DNA from: Bacteroidales bacterium
Lineage (GTDB): Bacteria > Bacteroidota > Bacteroidia > Bacteroidales > UBA10428
Direction of reading: 5' to 3'
Length of the DNA: 64,000 bases
Assembly (NCBI GenBank): GCA_041737175.1
Contig: JBGSSF010000023.1
Span: 145,888 to 209,887, forward strand
The notes under the pieces were generated by a model. The model did no database searches and was not told the origin of the DNA. It saw nothing but the letters and a program-made list of their open reading frames with translations. Shown piece after piece: positions 50,579 through 59,005 of this stretch. Both the position numbers and the translations under genes were made by a program. Within the stretch, counting starts at the first letter, position 1. Each line of letters begins with the position of its first letter.

Positions 50579-52595
50579 AAACCCGGGGTGTTCTTAGTTT
50601 TTTAAATACCAGGGCTGACCGGCTGGGCAGGTAAAGCATCAGGTAATGTGATGCGCCGTGTTTGACCGAGCTGCGCGCAAAATAGGTCAGGGTTTCATCT
50701 ACATTTCCCACACCACCGTAAGCAGGATTGTCAGTATTCAGTACGACACGGTATTTGCCCGGCCCTGTTTGAATTCCATAATCGGTAAAGGATCTTGCCG
50801 GATTGAAATTAAAAACAAACAGGTGATTTCCCCTTTCAAAGGCGAGGACCTGGTCAGGCCGGTTGTCGGCCACGAGCCGGCAATACTGGTTCAGATACAA
50901 GCCACTGTCATGGATCAGGCGTATCATATCACGGTCAAAGTCACCCAGGTAATGATACCGGAGCAGCGGATCATCTACCAGGTTCCATTGTCTCCTGGCA
51001 TATGTGTAGGACCAGTTGTTACCTTCGCGGGGAAAATCGATCCATTCCGGATGACCGAATTCATTGCCCATGAAATTGAGATACCCTCCTCCCCCTGTAG
51101 CTGCCGTTACCAGCCTGATCATTTTGTGTAAAGCTATTCCGCGGTCAATAATCAGACTTTGAATAGTTTTGCTCATGGAGAAATACATCTCCTTGTCCAG
51201 CAACCTGAATATTATTGTTTTGTCTCCAACAAGAGCCTGGTCATGTGATTCAGCATAGGATACGGTTTTCTCCTCGGCCCTCCTGCTGGTTAATTCATGG
51301 TACATTTCCGAAACATTCCAGCTTTCATCGGGCAATTCCTTGATAATTTTAATCCAGTAATCCGGTACCCCCATGGCCATGCGGAAATCGAATCCATAAC
51401 CGCCCTGTTCTACTGCCAGCGCCAAACCTGGCATTCCGCTCATTTCCTCTGCAACTGTAATAGCCCCGGGATTTACAATTTTGATCAAACGGTTGGCGAG
51501 TGCCAGGTAATTAATGGCATCCTCATCCTGCTGACCATCATAGTACATACCGTAGTTGGTAAAATTACGTGAAAGTCCGTGGTCATAATATAACATGCTT
51601 GTAACACCGTCAAAACGGAAGCCGTCAAACTTGTATTCCTCCAGCCAGAATTTGCAATTGGACAAAAGAAAGTGAATCACTTCATTCTTGCCGTAATCGA
51701 AGCACAAAGAATCCCAGGCAACATGTTCCCTGCGTCCGCCGGAATGAAAATACTGGTAGGGTGTACCGTCAAAATTCCCCAGGCCTTCCATCTCGTTTTT
51801 CACAGCATGCGAATGCACCAGGTCCATGATAACCGCAATATCCATTCCATGCGCGGTGTCAACCAGCAGCTTAAGATCCTCGGGCGTTCCAAAACGTGAA
51901 GATACAGCGAAGAAATTGGACACGTGGTATCCAAATGATCCATAATAAGGATGTTCCTGCACGGCCATTAACTGTATTGTATTGTAACCGGCCTTTTTAA
52001 TACGCGGTAGGATATTGGTGCGAAACTCGTCAAAGGATCCTGTTTTTTCATCCATGGTGCTCATGCCCACATGGGCCTCATAAATAAATGGTGGTCTGCC
52101 TGCCGCATTGATATATTTATTTTGCCAGTGATAATCCTTCGGTGGAGCCCATACCTGGGCATTGAAATCCTTGGTAACCTCGTTCTGCACAACTCTCCGG
52201 ATGTAGGAAGGCAGCCTGTATCCCTGACCGCCCGGCCAGTGAATTGATAATTTAAATAGATCCTGGTGATGTAAAACATCCAAAGGCAGCCTGATCTCCC
52301 AGACTCCATTTTCCTGGGCATTCAAACTGTATTCCTTTTTCTCGCTCCAGCCGTTGAAATCACCCACCAGAAAGATTTGTTCTGCATTGGGGGCCCATTC
52401 CCTGAAAACCCATGCGTCCGTGGTACGGTGCATTCCAAAATAAAGATAACCTGTCGCAAAATCTGAAAGTGTTTGTATGGCACCCGTGAGTTCATCTTCT
52501 TTCTCAAAGACCTTCATCTCACGGCGGTAAATGATCTCACTATAGGGCTCCAGCCAGGGATCATTGGACACCAGTACAGGTTTCTTGTTTTTCAT
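50574..52595 (-). CDS. glgB: 1,4-alpha-glucan branching enzyme (GH13, eukaryote-like subfamily common in Bacteroidota)
   Basis: 673 aa. GH13 conserved regions are present (DLVHSHA, GFRFDGVTSM, AEEMSG, YAESHDQ), preceded by an N-terminal CBM48-like segment. Confidence 0.9.
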   Translation of the reverse strand: MKNKKPVLVSNDPWLEPYSEIIYRREMKVFEKEDELTGAIQTLSDFATGYLYFGMHRTTDAWVFREWAPNAEQIFLVGDFNGWSEKKEYSLNAQENGVWEIRLPLDVLHHQDLFKLSIHWPGGQGYRLPSYIRRVVQNEVTKDFNAQVWAPPKDYHWQNKYINAAGRPPFIYEAHVGMSTMDEKTGSFDEFRTNILPRIKKAGYNTIQLMAVQEHPYYGSFGYHVSNFFAVSSRFGTPEDLKLLVDTAHGMDIAVIMDLVHSHAVKNEMEGLGNFDGTPYQYFHSGGRREHVAWDSLCFDYGKNEVIHFLLSNCKFWLEEYKFDGFRFDGVTSMLYYDHGLSRNFTNYGMYYDGQQDEDAINYLALANRLIKIVNPGAITVAEEMSGMPGLALAVEQGGYGFDFRMAMGVPDYWIKIIKELPDESWNVSEMYHELTSRRAEEKTVSYAESHDQALVGDKTIIFRLLDKEMYFSMSKTIQSLIIDRGIALHKMIRLVTAATGGGGYLNFMGNEFGHPEWIDFPREGNNWSYTYARRQWNLVDDPLLRYHYLGDFDRDMIRLIHDSGLYLNQYCRLVADNRPDQVLAFERGNHLFVFNFNPARSFTDYGIQTGPGKYRVVLNTDNPAYGGVGNVDETLTYFARSSVKHGASHYLMLYLPSRSALVFKKLRTPRVY

Positions 52596-52761
52596 TGGTA
52601 TGATAATTTATCCGGTGCAAATCATTTCTTAAATTTATGAATTAATCCTCTTTATCTGTGCCTTGAAAGTAAATTTCAGCTATAAAACAGGAATTTTAAT
52701 TTGCTCCGTTAAAATGAATGCCTCAGCCTCATAATCTGTAGGAGTATTGAATGATTAATAT

Positions 52762-52769
52762 TAACTTTG
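52762..52769 (+). promoter_or_regulatory. Candidate -7 box upstream of ribF
   Basis: TAACTTTG matches TAnnTTTG, 17 nt before the TTG at 52786. This implies a very short leader or a slightly later start codon. Confidence 0.3.
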
Positions 52770-52785
52770 CCAACGCTTTGCAATT

Positions 52786-53748
52786 TTGATTTTGAAGGTA
52801 TTCAACGACATATCACAATTCCAGTCAACCAACGCTGTGGTTACCATCGGAATTTTTGATGGGGTTCATCGCGGACATATTGAAATTCTCAACCGTATCA
52901 AAGAGTTGGCAGTATCCTATGGCGGCGAATCCGTTGTTGTTACACTTTGGCCGCATCCCCGTTTTGTGCTTCAACCTGAAAACAATGAACTCCGGTTGCT
53001 TGCATCCCTCGATGAGAAAATAGAACTAATTGATAAACAGGGAATTAACAATTTGATTATTCTTCCCTTTGATATCCGGCTTGCCAATATCACCTATGAC
53101 CGGTTTGTCAGTGACTACATTGTGGGAAGGATCAGGGCCCGGCATGTTGTGGTAGGCTTCAATCATCATTTCGGGAAGGACCGGAAAGGTACTTTCGAAA
53201 ATCTGCAGAAAAGTGCCCGGGAACACGGTATACAGGCTGAAAGACTCAATCCGGTGATCATTAATGATATCCGCGTAAGTTCATCAGGAATTCGTCACAT
53301 GATTGAAGAAGGAAGAATAAGCGCGGCCAATGAGGCCCTTGGTTATCCTTATTTTCTGAATGGCACCGTGGTGGAAGGCAACAAACTGGGGAAAACTCTC
53401 GGTTATCCTACAGCAAACATCGGGCTTTCAGAACCACTGAAAATGTTGCCGCGAAACGGGGTTTATGCTGTTTTGGTCAGGGTAAAAGGAAAGACATACC
53501 AGGGAATGCTGAATATAGGCATCAGACCTACCATCACGTTGCCCAAGCACGACCGGACCATTGAAGTCAACCTTTTCGATTTTCAGGAAGACATTTACAA
53601 TGAAACTATTAAAGTCGCTTTTTTGGAATGGATCCGCTGCGAAAAGAAATTCGATTCGCTTCAGGAACTTACGGAACAAATTGCAGTTGATAAATCAGAG
53701 GTCCTGAAAATTTTACAGGCCTTTTCAGATATAAATAGGTTAGTATAA
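52786..53748 (+). CDS. ribF: Bifunctional riboflavin kinase / FMN adenylyltransferase
   Basis: 320 aa. The FAD-synthetase segment is [14 protein letters not shown]. The riboflavin-kinase segment is GYPTANI...E(V)NLFDF. The start codon is non-ATG and its exact position is uncertain. Confidence 0.9.
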   Translation: MILKVFNDISQFQSTNAVVTIGIFDGVHRGHIEILNRIKELAVSYGGESVVVTLWPHPRFVLQPENNELRLLASLDEKIELIDKQGINNLIILPFDIRLANITYDRFVSDYIVGRIRARHVVVGFNHHFGKDRKGTFENLQKSAREHGIQAERLNPVIINDIRVSSSGIRHMIEEGRISAANEALGYPYFLNGTVVEGNKLGKTLGYPTANIGLSEPLKMLPRNGVYAVLVRVKGKTYQGMLNIGIRPTITLPKHDRTIEVNLFDFQEDIYNETIKVAFLEWIRCEKKFDSLQELTEQIAVDKSEVLKILQAFSDINRLV

Positions 53749-53768
53749 TATGCTATTATTTACAAATC

Positions 53769-55190
53769 ATGAAAACAGAAACCATTACCGAAATGCTTCC
53801 ATACAAAGTTAAAGACATGAGCCTGGCCGAATTTGGCCGCAAAGAAATTGAAATCGCTGAAAAAGAGATGCCGGGATTAATGGCTATCCGTAAGAAATAT
53901 GCCGGACAGAAACCACTTCAGGGTGCCCGTATCTCGGGATCCTTGCATATGACCATTCAAACTGCGGTGCTGATTGAGACCCTCACATCCCTGGGAGCTG
54001 ATGTTCGCTGGGCCAGTTGCAATATATTCTCCACCCAGGATCATGCAGCAGCAGCAATAGCCAAAGCAGGTATCCCCGTTTTTGCCTGGAAGGGCGAATC
54101 TCTTGAGGAATACTGGTGGTGCACTGATCAGGCACTGACCTTTCCCGGTGGCCTGGGCCCGAATCTGATCGTAGATGATGGCGGCGATGCTACCCTGCTG
54201 GTACATCTGGGTTATAAAGCCGAGAACGATTCATCGGTCTTGGATAAAACCGCTGAAAGTCGCGAGGAAGATGTTATCCTGCAGCTTCTGAAGAAAATCC
54301 TAAAAGAGGATAATGGCAAATGGCACCGCTTTAAAGAAACCTGGAAAGGTGTCTCGGAGGAAACCACCACCGGCGTTCACCGCCTTTACCAGATGATGGA
54401 AAAGGGAGAACTCCTTGTGCCGGCTATCAATGTGAACGATTCCGTGACCAAGAGTAAATTCGACAACCTTTACGGCTGCCGCGAGTCCCTCGCCGATGGC
54501 ATTAAACGTGCCACCGATGTTATGATCGCAGGTAAAGTTGTTGTTGTACTTGGCTACGGTGACGTTGGAAAGGGTTGTGCCCGTTCAATGCGCTCCTATG
54601 GAGCCCGCGTTCTTGTTACCGAGATCGATCCGATCTGTGCCCTGCAGGCGGCCATGGAAGGATTTGAAATTACTACCATAGAGGATGCTGTGAAAGAAGG
54701 AAATATTTTTGTCACTGCTACCGGAAACCGCGACGTGATCACCCTGGAACACATGCTTAAAATGAAAGACCAGGCCATTGTCTGCAATATTGGTCATTTT
54801 GATAACGAAATCCAGGTTGATAAGCTTACCATTTATCCCGGTATAAAACACACCAACATAAAACCACAGGTAGATAAATATATGTTCCCCTCGGGCAATG
54901 CCATTTTTCTGCTTGCCGAAGGCAGACTGGTAAACCTGGGTTGCGCAACAGGACATCCCTCTTTTGTCATGAGCAATTCATTTACCAACCAGACCCTGGC
55001 GCAATTAGACCTTTGGCAGAACAAGTATGCCGTTGGCGTCTACCGGCTTCCCAAAAAGCTGGATGAGGAGGTGGCCCGCCTTCATCTTGATCAGTTAGGG
55101 GTAAAACTCACCCAGCTTACGAAACAACAGGCTGATTATATCGGCGTCCCGAAAGAAGGGCCGTATAAGCCGGAGCATTACAGGTATTAG
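53769..55190 (+). CDS. ahcY: Adenosylhomocysteinase
   Basis: 473 aa. [43 protein letters not shown] and GYGDVGKG (NAD site) are canonical AhcY motifs. Confidence 0.95.
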   Translation: MKTETITEMLPYKVKDMSLAEFGRKEIEIAEKEMPGLMAIRKKYAGQKPLQGARISGSLHMTIQTAVLIETLTSLGADVRWASCNIFSTQDHAAAAIAKAGIPVFAWKGESLEEYWWCTDQALTFPGGLGPNLIVDDGGDATLLVHLGYKAENDSSVLDKTAESREEDVILQLLKKILKEDNGKWHRFKETWKGVSEETTTGVHRLYQMMEKGELLVPAINVNDSVTKSKFDNLYGCRESLADGIKRATDVMIAGKVVVVLGYGDVGKGCARSMRSYGARVLVTEIDPICALQAAMEGFEITTIEDAVKEGNIFVTATGNRDVITLEHMLKMKDQAIVCNIGHFDNEIQVDKLTIYPGIKHTNIKPQVDKYMFPSGNAIFLLAEGRLVNLGCATGHPSFVMSNSFTNQTLAQLDLWQNKYAVGVYRLPKKLDEEVARLHLDQLGVKLTQLTKQQADYIGVPKEGPYKPEHYRY

Positions 55191-55222
55191 GGACGAGGGA
55201 CAAGTGGGATCTGGGTTTAGGG
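55190..55222 (+). other. Canonical G-quadruplex-forming motif starting at the ahcY stop codon
   Basis: GGG-acga-GGG-acaagt-GGG-atct-GGG-ttta-GGG. There are five G3 tracts with loops of 4-6 nt. The surrounding ~45 nt are almost C-free. Confidence 0.6.
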
Positions 55223-55238
55223 ATTTGTGTGTGAATTT

Positions 55239-55347
55239 CCTCGCAAAGACGCTAAGTCGCTAAGTTAAATAACCCTTCAAGCGGTCGTCTGACCCTTGAA
55301 GGGTTAATTGCATAAACTCTATCTTGGCGTCCTTGCGTCTTTGCGAG
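55239..55347. repeat. Nested inverted-repeat element in the ahcY / DUF853 intergenic region
   Basis: The outer arms are CCTCGCAAAGACGC (55239-55252) and GCGTCTTTGCGAG (55335-55347). The inner perfect 11-bp hairpin is AACCCTTCAAG (55271-55281) / CTTGAAGGGTT (55295-55305). There is also a direct repeat cgctaagt x2 (55250-55265). Confidence 0.8.
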
Positions 55348-55382
55348 ATTCTTTTTTACTATATTTACGAGAAACATCCACC

Positions 55383-56900
55383 ATGATAGACGCCAACGGA
55401 AACCTTCTAATTGCGAAGTCAGACAAGGATTTGTTCCTTATCCCCAAAATGTCAAACCGGCATGGTCTTGTTGCCGGAGCAACAGGAACCGGGAAGACGG
55501 TCACGCTCCAATCAATGGCTGAAACCTTCAGCAGCATTGGTGTTCCTGTGATCATGGCAGATGTGAAAGGAGATCTGTCCGGCATTGCCAAACCCTCATC
55601 CGGCGAAAACCCCAGGATCACCGAAAGAGTTAATGAACTGGGTCTTGATTCATACAAACCACAAGCTTTCCCTGTATGTTTCTGGGATATCTACGGCGAA
55701 CAGGGTCATCCCCTCAGAACCACCATCTCCGAAATGGGACCGCTGCTCCTGGGCAGACTGCTGAACCTGAATGAAGTGCAGGCTGGAGTGCTTACGCTTG
55801 TGTTTAAAATCGCGGATGATAATAATCTTTTGCTTCTCGATATGAAGGATTTGAGAAAAGTCCTTGAATACATAGGTGAACATCACGGTGATTATATCAA
55901 TGAATATGGCAACATCTCCTCTGCCAGTGTCGGTGCCATCCAGAGAGGGCTCCTGACGCTCGAGGAACAGGGAGCGGAGAAGTTCTTCGGCGAACCTGCC
56001 CTGAATATCATGGATTTCATGCAGACCGACGGAAGTGGTAAAGGCGTGCTGAATATTCTGGCTGCTGATAAGCTGATGCTGTCACCCGGATTATATTCCA
56101 CCTTCCTGCTCTGGCTCCTGTCAGAGCTCTTTGAGGAGCTTCCGGAGGTCGGTGACCTCGACAAGCCCAGGTTGGTATTCTTCTTCGATGAAGCCCATCT
56201 TTTATTCAGCGAAGCGCCTAAAGTACTGCGTGAAAAAATTGAACAGGTTGTGCGACTTGTTCGTTCAAAAGGAGTGGGTGTGTACTTTGTAACCCAAAAT
56301 CCCATTGACATTCCCGATATCGTGCTTGGTCAGCTGGGCAACCGCGTTCAGCATGCCCTGCGCGCTTTTACCCCCAGGGACCAGAAAGCCGTAAGATCAG
56401 CAGCTGAAACATTCCGTTCCAATCCCAAATTCAAAGTGGAGGATGTCATCACCGAACTGGGCGTTGGAGTAGCCCTCGTATCCCTGCTCGACGAGAAGGG
56501 AATACCCGGTATGGTGGAAATGGCTAAGATAGTACCCCCGCAGTCACAGGTCGGCCCGATCACACCCGGGGAAAGAAGCAGTATTATAAGCTCCTCCGTA
56601 TTGCATGGTGTATATGAAAAGCAGGTAGACCGTGAATCAGCCTATGAAATACTGGAGAAAAAATTTGCCCGGGAAGATGCCGAGAAACAGGAGCAGGTAG
56701 AGCAATTAAGAAAAATAAAGGAAGCGAAACTCAAAAAAGCATCAAGAAGTGCTTCCGGCAGCATGATGGGTGACCTGGCCAAAACCATGGGCCGTACCAT
56801 TACACGCACAGTAGGCAGCGAACTGGGCAGGAAACTTGTAAGAGGTATGTTGGGAACGCTGCTGACTGGAGCTGTAGGATCGATTCTAAAGAAGAAGTAA
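55383..56900 (+). CDS. DUF853/YjgR-like P-loop NTPase (HerA-like ATPase fold)
   Basis: The track ORF starts at 55308 inside the inverted-repeat element. The ATG at 55383 ([39 protein letters not shown]) is preferred. It has a Walker A motif, a Walker B-like FFFDEAH, and a Lys-rich C-terminal tail. Confidence 0.8.
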   Translation: MIDANGNLLIAKSDKDLFLIPKMSNRHGLVAGATGTGKTVTLQSMAETFSSIGVPVIMADVKGDLSGIAKPSSGENPRITERVNELGLDSYKPQAFPVCFWDIYGEQGHPLRTTISEMGPLLLGRLLNLNEVQAGVLTLVFKIADDNNLLLLDMKDLRKVLEYIGEHHGDYINEYGNISSASVGAIQRGLLTLEEQGAEKFFGEPALNIMDFMQTDGSGKGVLNILAADKLMLSPGLYSTFLLWLLSELFEELPEVGDLDKPRLVFFFDEAHLLFSEAPKVLREKIEQVVRLVRSKGVGVYFVTQNPIDIPDIVLGQLGNRVQHALRAFTPRDQKAVRSAAETFRSNPKFKVEDVITELGVGVALVSLLDEKGIPGMVEMAKIVPPQSQVGPITPGERSSIISSSVLHGVYEKQVDRESAYEILEKKFAREDAEKQEQVEQLRKIKEAKLKKASRSASGSMMGDLAKTMGRTITRTVGSELGRKLVRGMLGTLLTGAVGSILKKK

Positions 56901-56910
56901 TTGGTGTAAA

Positions 56911-57819
56911 ATGATGAATGTATTGCTACCCGAAAATCCTGTGATAGGCTGGATTGGCACCGGCGTCATGGGCCGGTCCATGTTCGGACATTTGCTGGAT
57001 AAGGGTTATAAGGGATTTGTATATACCCGCACCCGGGAAAAAGCCTTACCATCCATTGATAAAGGAGCCATCTGGTGTGATTCTCCGGCTGAGGTTGCCC
57101 GGCAGGCCGACGTCGTATTTACCATGGTCGGATTCCCTGCCGATGTCCGTGATGTATATCTGGCGCCACCAGGACTTATTGAATCGGCAAAGCCGGGAAC
57201 CGTCCTGGTTGACATGACCACCACAAGTCCTTCCCTGGCCGTTGAGATTTACGGGAAAGCCGTCAAACGTAAAATATACGCGCTGGATGCTCCAGTTTCA
57301 GGTGGTGATGTAGGCGCAAGAAATGCCACGTTGTCCATCATGGCCGGGGGTGATAAACCGGTTTTTGATGCTGTTGAAGCGCTTTTCGGTATCCTGGGAA
57401 AAAAAATTGTATACCAGGGCAAAACAGGTTCAGGACAGCACACCAAAATGTGCAACCAGATCGTGATTGCCGGAACCATGATCGGAATGTGTGAAAGCCT
57501 GATTTATGGACATAAAGCAGGTCTTGACCTGAATACCATGCTGAGTTCCATATCGGGCGGCGCTGCTGCCTGCTGGTCACTCGATAATCTTGCCCCGCGC
57601 ATCCTTCGCCGTGATTTTGAACCAGGCTTCTTTGTAAGGCATTTCATCAAGGACATGGGCATTGCGCTCGAAGAATCCCGCCGCATGGAACTTTCGTTGC
57701 CCGGCCTGGCATTGGTGCAGCAGTTGTACCAGTCGGTTTCCGCCCTGGGCTTCGCCGAAAAAGGCACACAGGCGCTGATGCTGGCACTGGAGAGTATGGC
57801 TGGCATTAAAAGTGATTAA
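56911..57819 (+). CDS. NAD(P)-dependent beta-hydroxyacid dehydrogenase (3-hydroxyisobutyrate dehydrogenase family)
   Basis: 302 aa. IGWIGTGVMGRSM is a Rossmann motif. GSGQHTKMCNQI is a typical catalytic-Lys segment of the family. Confidence 0.85.
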   Translation: MMNVLLPENPVIGWIGTGVMGRSMFGHLLDKGYKGFVYTRTREKALPSIDKGAIWCDSPAEVARQADVVFTMVGFPADVRDVYLAPPGLIESAKPGTVLVDMTTTSPSLAVEIYGKAVKRKIYALDAPVSGGDVGARNATLSIMAGGDKPVFDAVEALFGILGKKIVYQGKTGSGQHTKMCNQIVIAGTMIGMCESLIYGHKAGLDLNTMLSSISGGAAACWSLDNLAPRILRRDFEPGFFVRHFIKDMGIALEESRRMELSLPGLALVQQLYQSVSALGFAEKGTQALMLALESMAGIKSD

Positions 57820-57907
57820 GTGATGAGGTAAGGAGGTGAATATGTACTCCATACTCCATACTCCATACTCTCTCCCCTTCTCCCCATCTCCCCCTCTTTC
57901 TTCTCCT
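57812..57907 (+). repeat. Strand-asymmetric short-period repeats: a C-free octamer array, then a G-free heptamer/octamer array
   Basis: gtgattaa gtgatgag gtaaggag gtgaatat (57812-57843) begins within the last codons of the dehydrogenase gene. Next comes tactcca x3.7 (57845-57872), then (t/a)tctcccc units up to 57897. The plus strand carries no G from 57845 to 57907. Confidence 0.9.
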
Positions 57908-58001
57908 GTCCGTATTCGAACACTCCCTGTCTAGTCTGAAACACTTTCGTGTTTGGCTATTTTTACCCCAAATCTTCTTATTCGATTGTTTATCTGTTAG
58001 T

Positions 58002-58027
58002 TATAGACTTTGGCACGGTATATGTAA
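58002..58027 (+). promoter_or_regulatory. 26-nt block conserved exactly in both duplicate units; contains TGGCAC (sigma-54 -24-like) with an imperfect -12
   Basis: TATAGACTTTGGCACGGTATATGTAA is identical at 58938-58963. TGGCAC-N5-ATGT compares with the consensus TGGCAC-N5-TTGC. It lies about 55 nt upstream of the ATG. Confidence 0.35.
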
Positions 58028-58067
58028 TTCCTATACCAAACACTAAAAAACCTAAAAAAATAAAACA

Positions 58068-58583
58068 ATGAAAACACAAACGAACAACTTCAAGAAAATG
58101 GCCGCAACTGCCTGTGCTGCTTTTTTGATCGCTACCGGAAGCTATACTCAATCCGATGCCGGATACAGTGATTCCGAACTGGTTTCCCTGGTTAATCTTG
58201 AAACCCTGATATCCCTTACCGAAAACTCCATCAGGTATACTGCTCCTGCCGTGGCAGAATCGGAAGTATTCTATGCTGAATTTGAAAGACTGAATGGTTT
58301 GGCAGAAGCAACCGAAGCTTCCCTCAAGTATGAAGCTCCTGAAGTTGATGACGCCGATGTTGCTCCTGCAATGGAAAGATTGGAAGGATTCGCCGCTGCC
58401 ACCGAAGCATCGCTGAAATATGAAGCTCCGGCTGCCGATGTGAATGAAGTTACTGTTGAAAAAGAAAGACTGGAGTGGCTTGCTTCCGCTACCGAAGCAT
58501 CCCTGAAGTATAACGCTCCCGAAGCTGACAACTTCAACGAAATTGAAAACCAGAATGTAACCATGATTGCAAGTACCAAATAA
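58068..58583 (+). CDS. Secreted repeat protein, paralogue 1 (unrecognised family; [E]RLxxLAxATEASL[KR]YxAP repeats)
   Basis: 171 aa with a signal peptide (MAATACAAFLIATGSYTQS). It has one degenerate and three clear ~28-30-aa repeats: ERLNGLAEATEASLKYEAPE, ERLEGFAAATEASLKYEAPA and ERLEWLASATEASLKYNAPE. Confidence 0.75.
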   Translation: MKTQTNNFKKMAATACAAFLIATGSYTQSDAGYSDSELVSLVNLETLISLTENSIRYTAPAVAESEVFYAEFERLNGLAEATEASLKYEAPEVDDADVAPAMERLEGFAAATEASLKYEAPAADVNEVTVEKERLEWLASATEASLKYNAPEADNFNEIENQNVTMIASTK

Positions 58584-58625
58584 ATCCCATCCCCATGTTT
58601 AAACAACAGTTACCGTCTCACGGAT

Positions 58626-58661
58626 AACCTGCTGTCGGCTCATAAGCGCAGCAGGTTTTTT
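58626..58661 (+). terminator. Rho-independent terminator of paralogue 1
   Basis: AACCTGCTG (58626-58634) pairs with CAGCAGGTT (58649-58657), followed by T6. Confidence 0.75.
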
Positions 58662-58741
58662 ATTTCCGGCATTTTGTTTGTACCTTCTGACACAAAATCC
58701 ACTTCCAAAATATATACATCCTTCAAAGGAACATAAGGCAG

Positions 58742-58834
58742 GTTATGAGGTGATGAAGTGATTAAGCTTTTTCACGCTTCTTCACCTATTCACTTTTTCA
58801 CCTATTCACCTAATCACCTAATCACCTAATCACC
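58742..58834 (+). repeat. Inverted arrays of the same octamer: (GTGATnAr)x3, then a G-free (CACCTAAT/CACCTATT)x6.5
   Basis: gttatgag gtgatgaa gtgattaa (58742-58765). cacctatt cacttttt cacctatt cacctaat x3 cacc (58783-58834). CACCTAAT is a circular permutation of the reverse complement of GTGATTAG. 58742-58766 is complementary to 58809-58833 at 20 of 25 positions. Confidence 0.85.
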
Positions 58835-58937
58835 ATTTCTCCTGTCCGTATCCGAACACTCACTGTATGTTTTGAATCACTTCCGTGTTTTATTCTATTT
58901 ACTCGAAATATTTGTATTAATATGTATATCTGCATTA

Positions 58938-58963
58938 TATAGACTTTGGCACGGTATATGTAA
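58938..58963 (+). promoter_or_regulatory. Second copy of the conserved 26-nt TGGCAC block
   Basis: Exact repeat of 58002-58027. It is 43 nt upstream of the ATG at 59006. Confidence 0.35.
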
Positions 58964-59005
58964 ATCTTATATCAAACACTAAAAAAACGCTAAAAAAATA
59001 TAACA

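Noticed and set aside
53749-53768. SAH riboswitch upstream of ahcY, and an FMN riboswitch near ribF
   Set aside because: The ribF-ahcY gap is only 20 nt. The region upstream of ribF shows no FMN-element-like conserved structure.
57842-57934. 30-codon ORF (MYSILHTPYSLPFSPSPPLSSPVRIRTLPV) preceded by a perfect SD
   Set aside because: The Pro/Ser-rich product is a direct read-out of the G-free tandem repeat. It has no counterpart in the second duplicated unit, so it is reported as an SD curiosity and not as a gene.
57812-58834. Possible CRISPR array suggested by the short direct repeats
   Set aside because: The repeat units are only 7-9 nt and directly abutting, with no spacers and no cas genes in the window. 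They are microsatellite-type repeats, not CRISPR.
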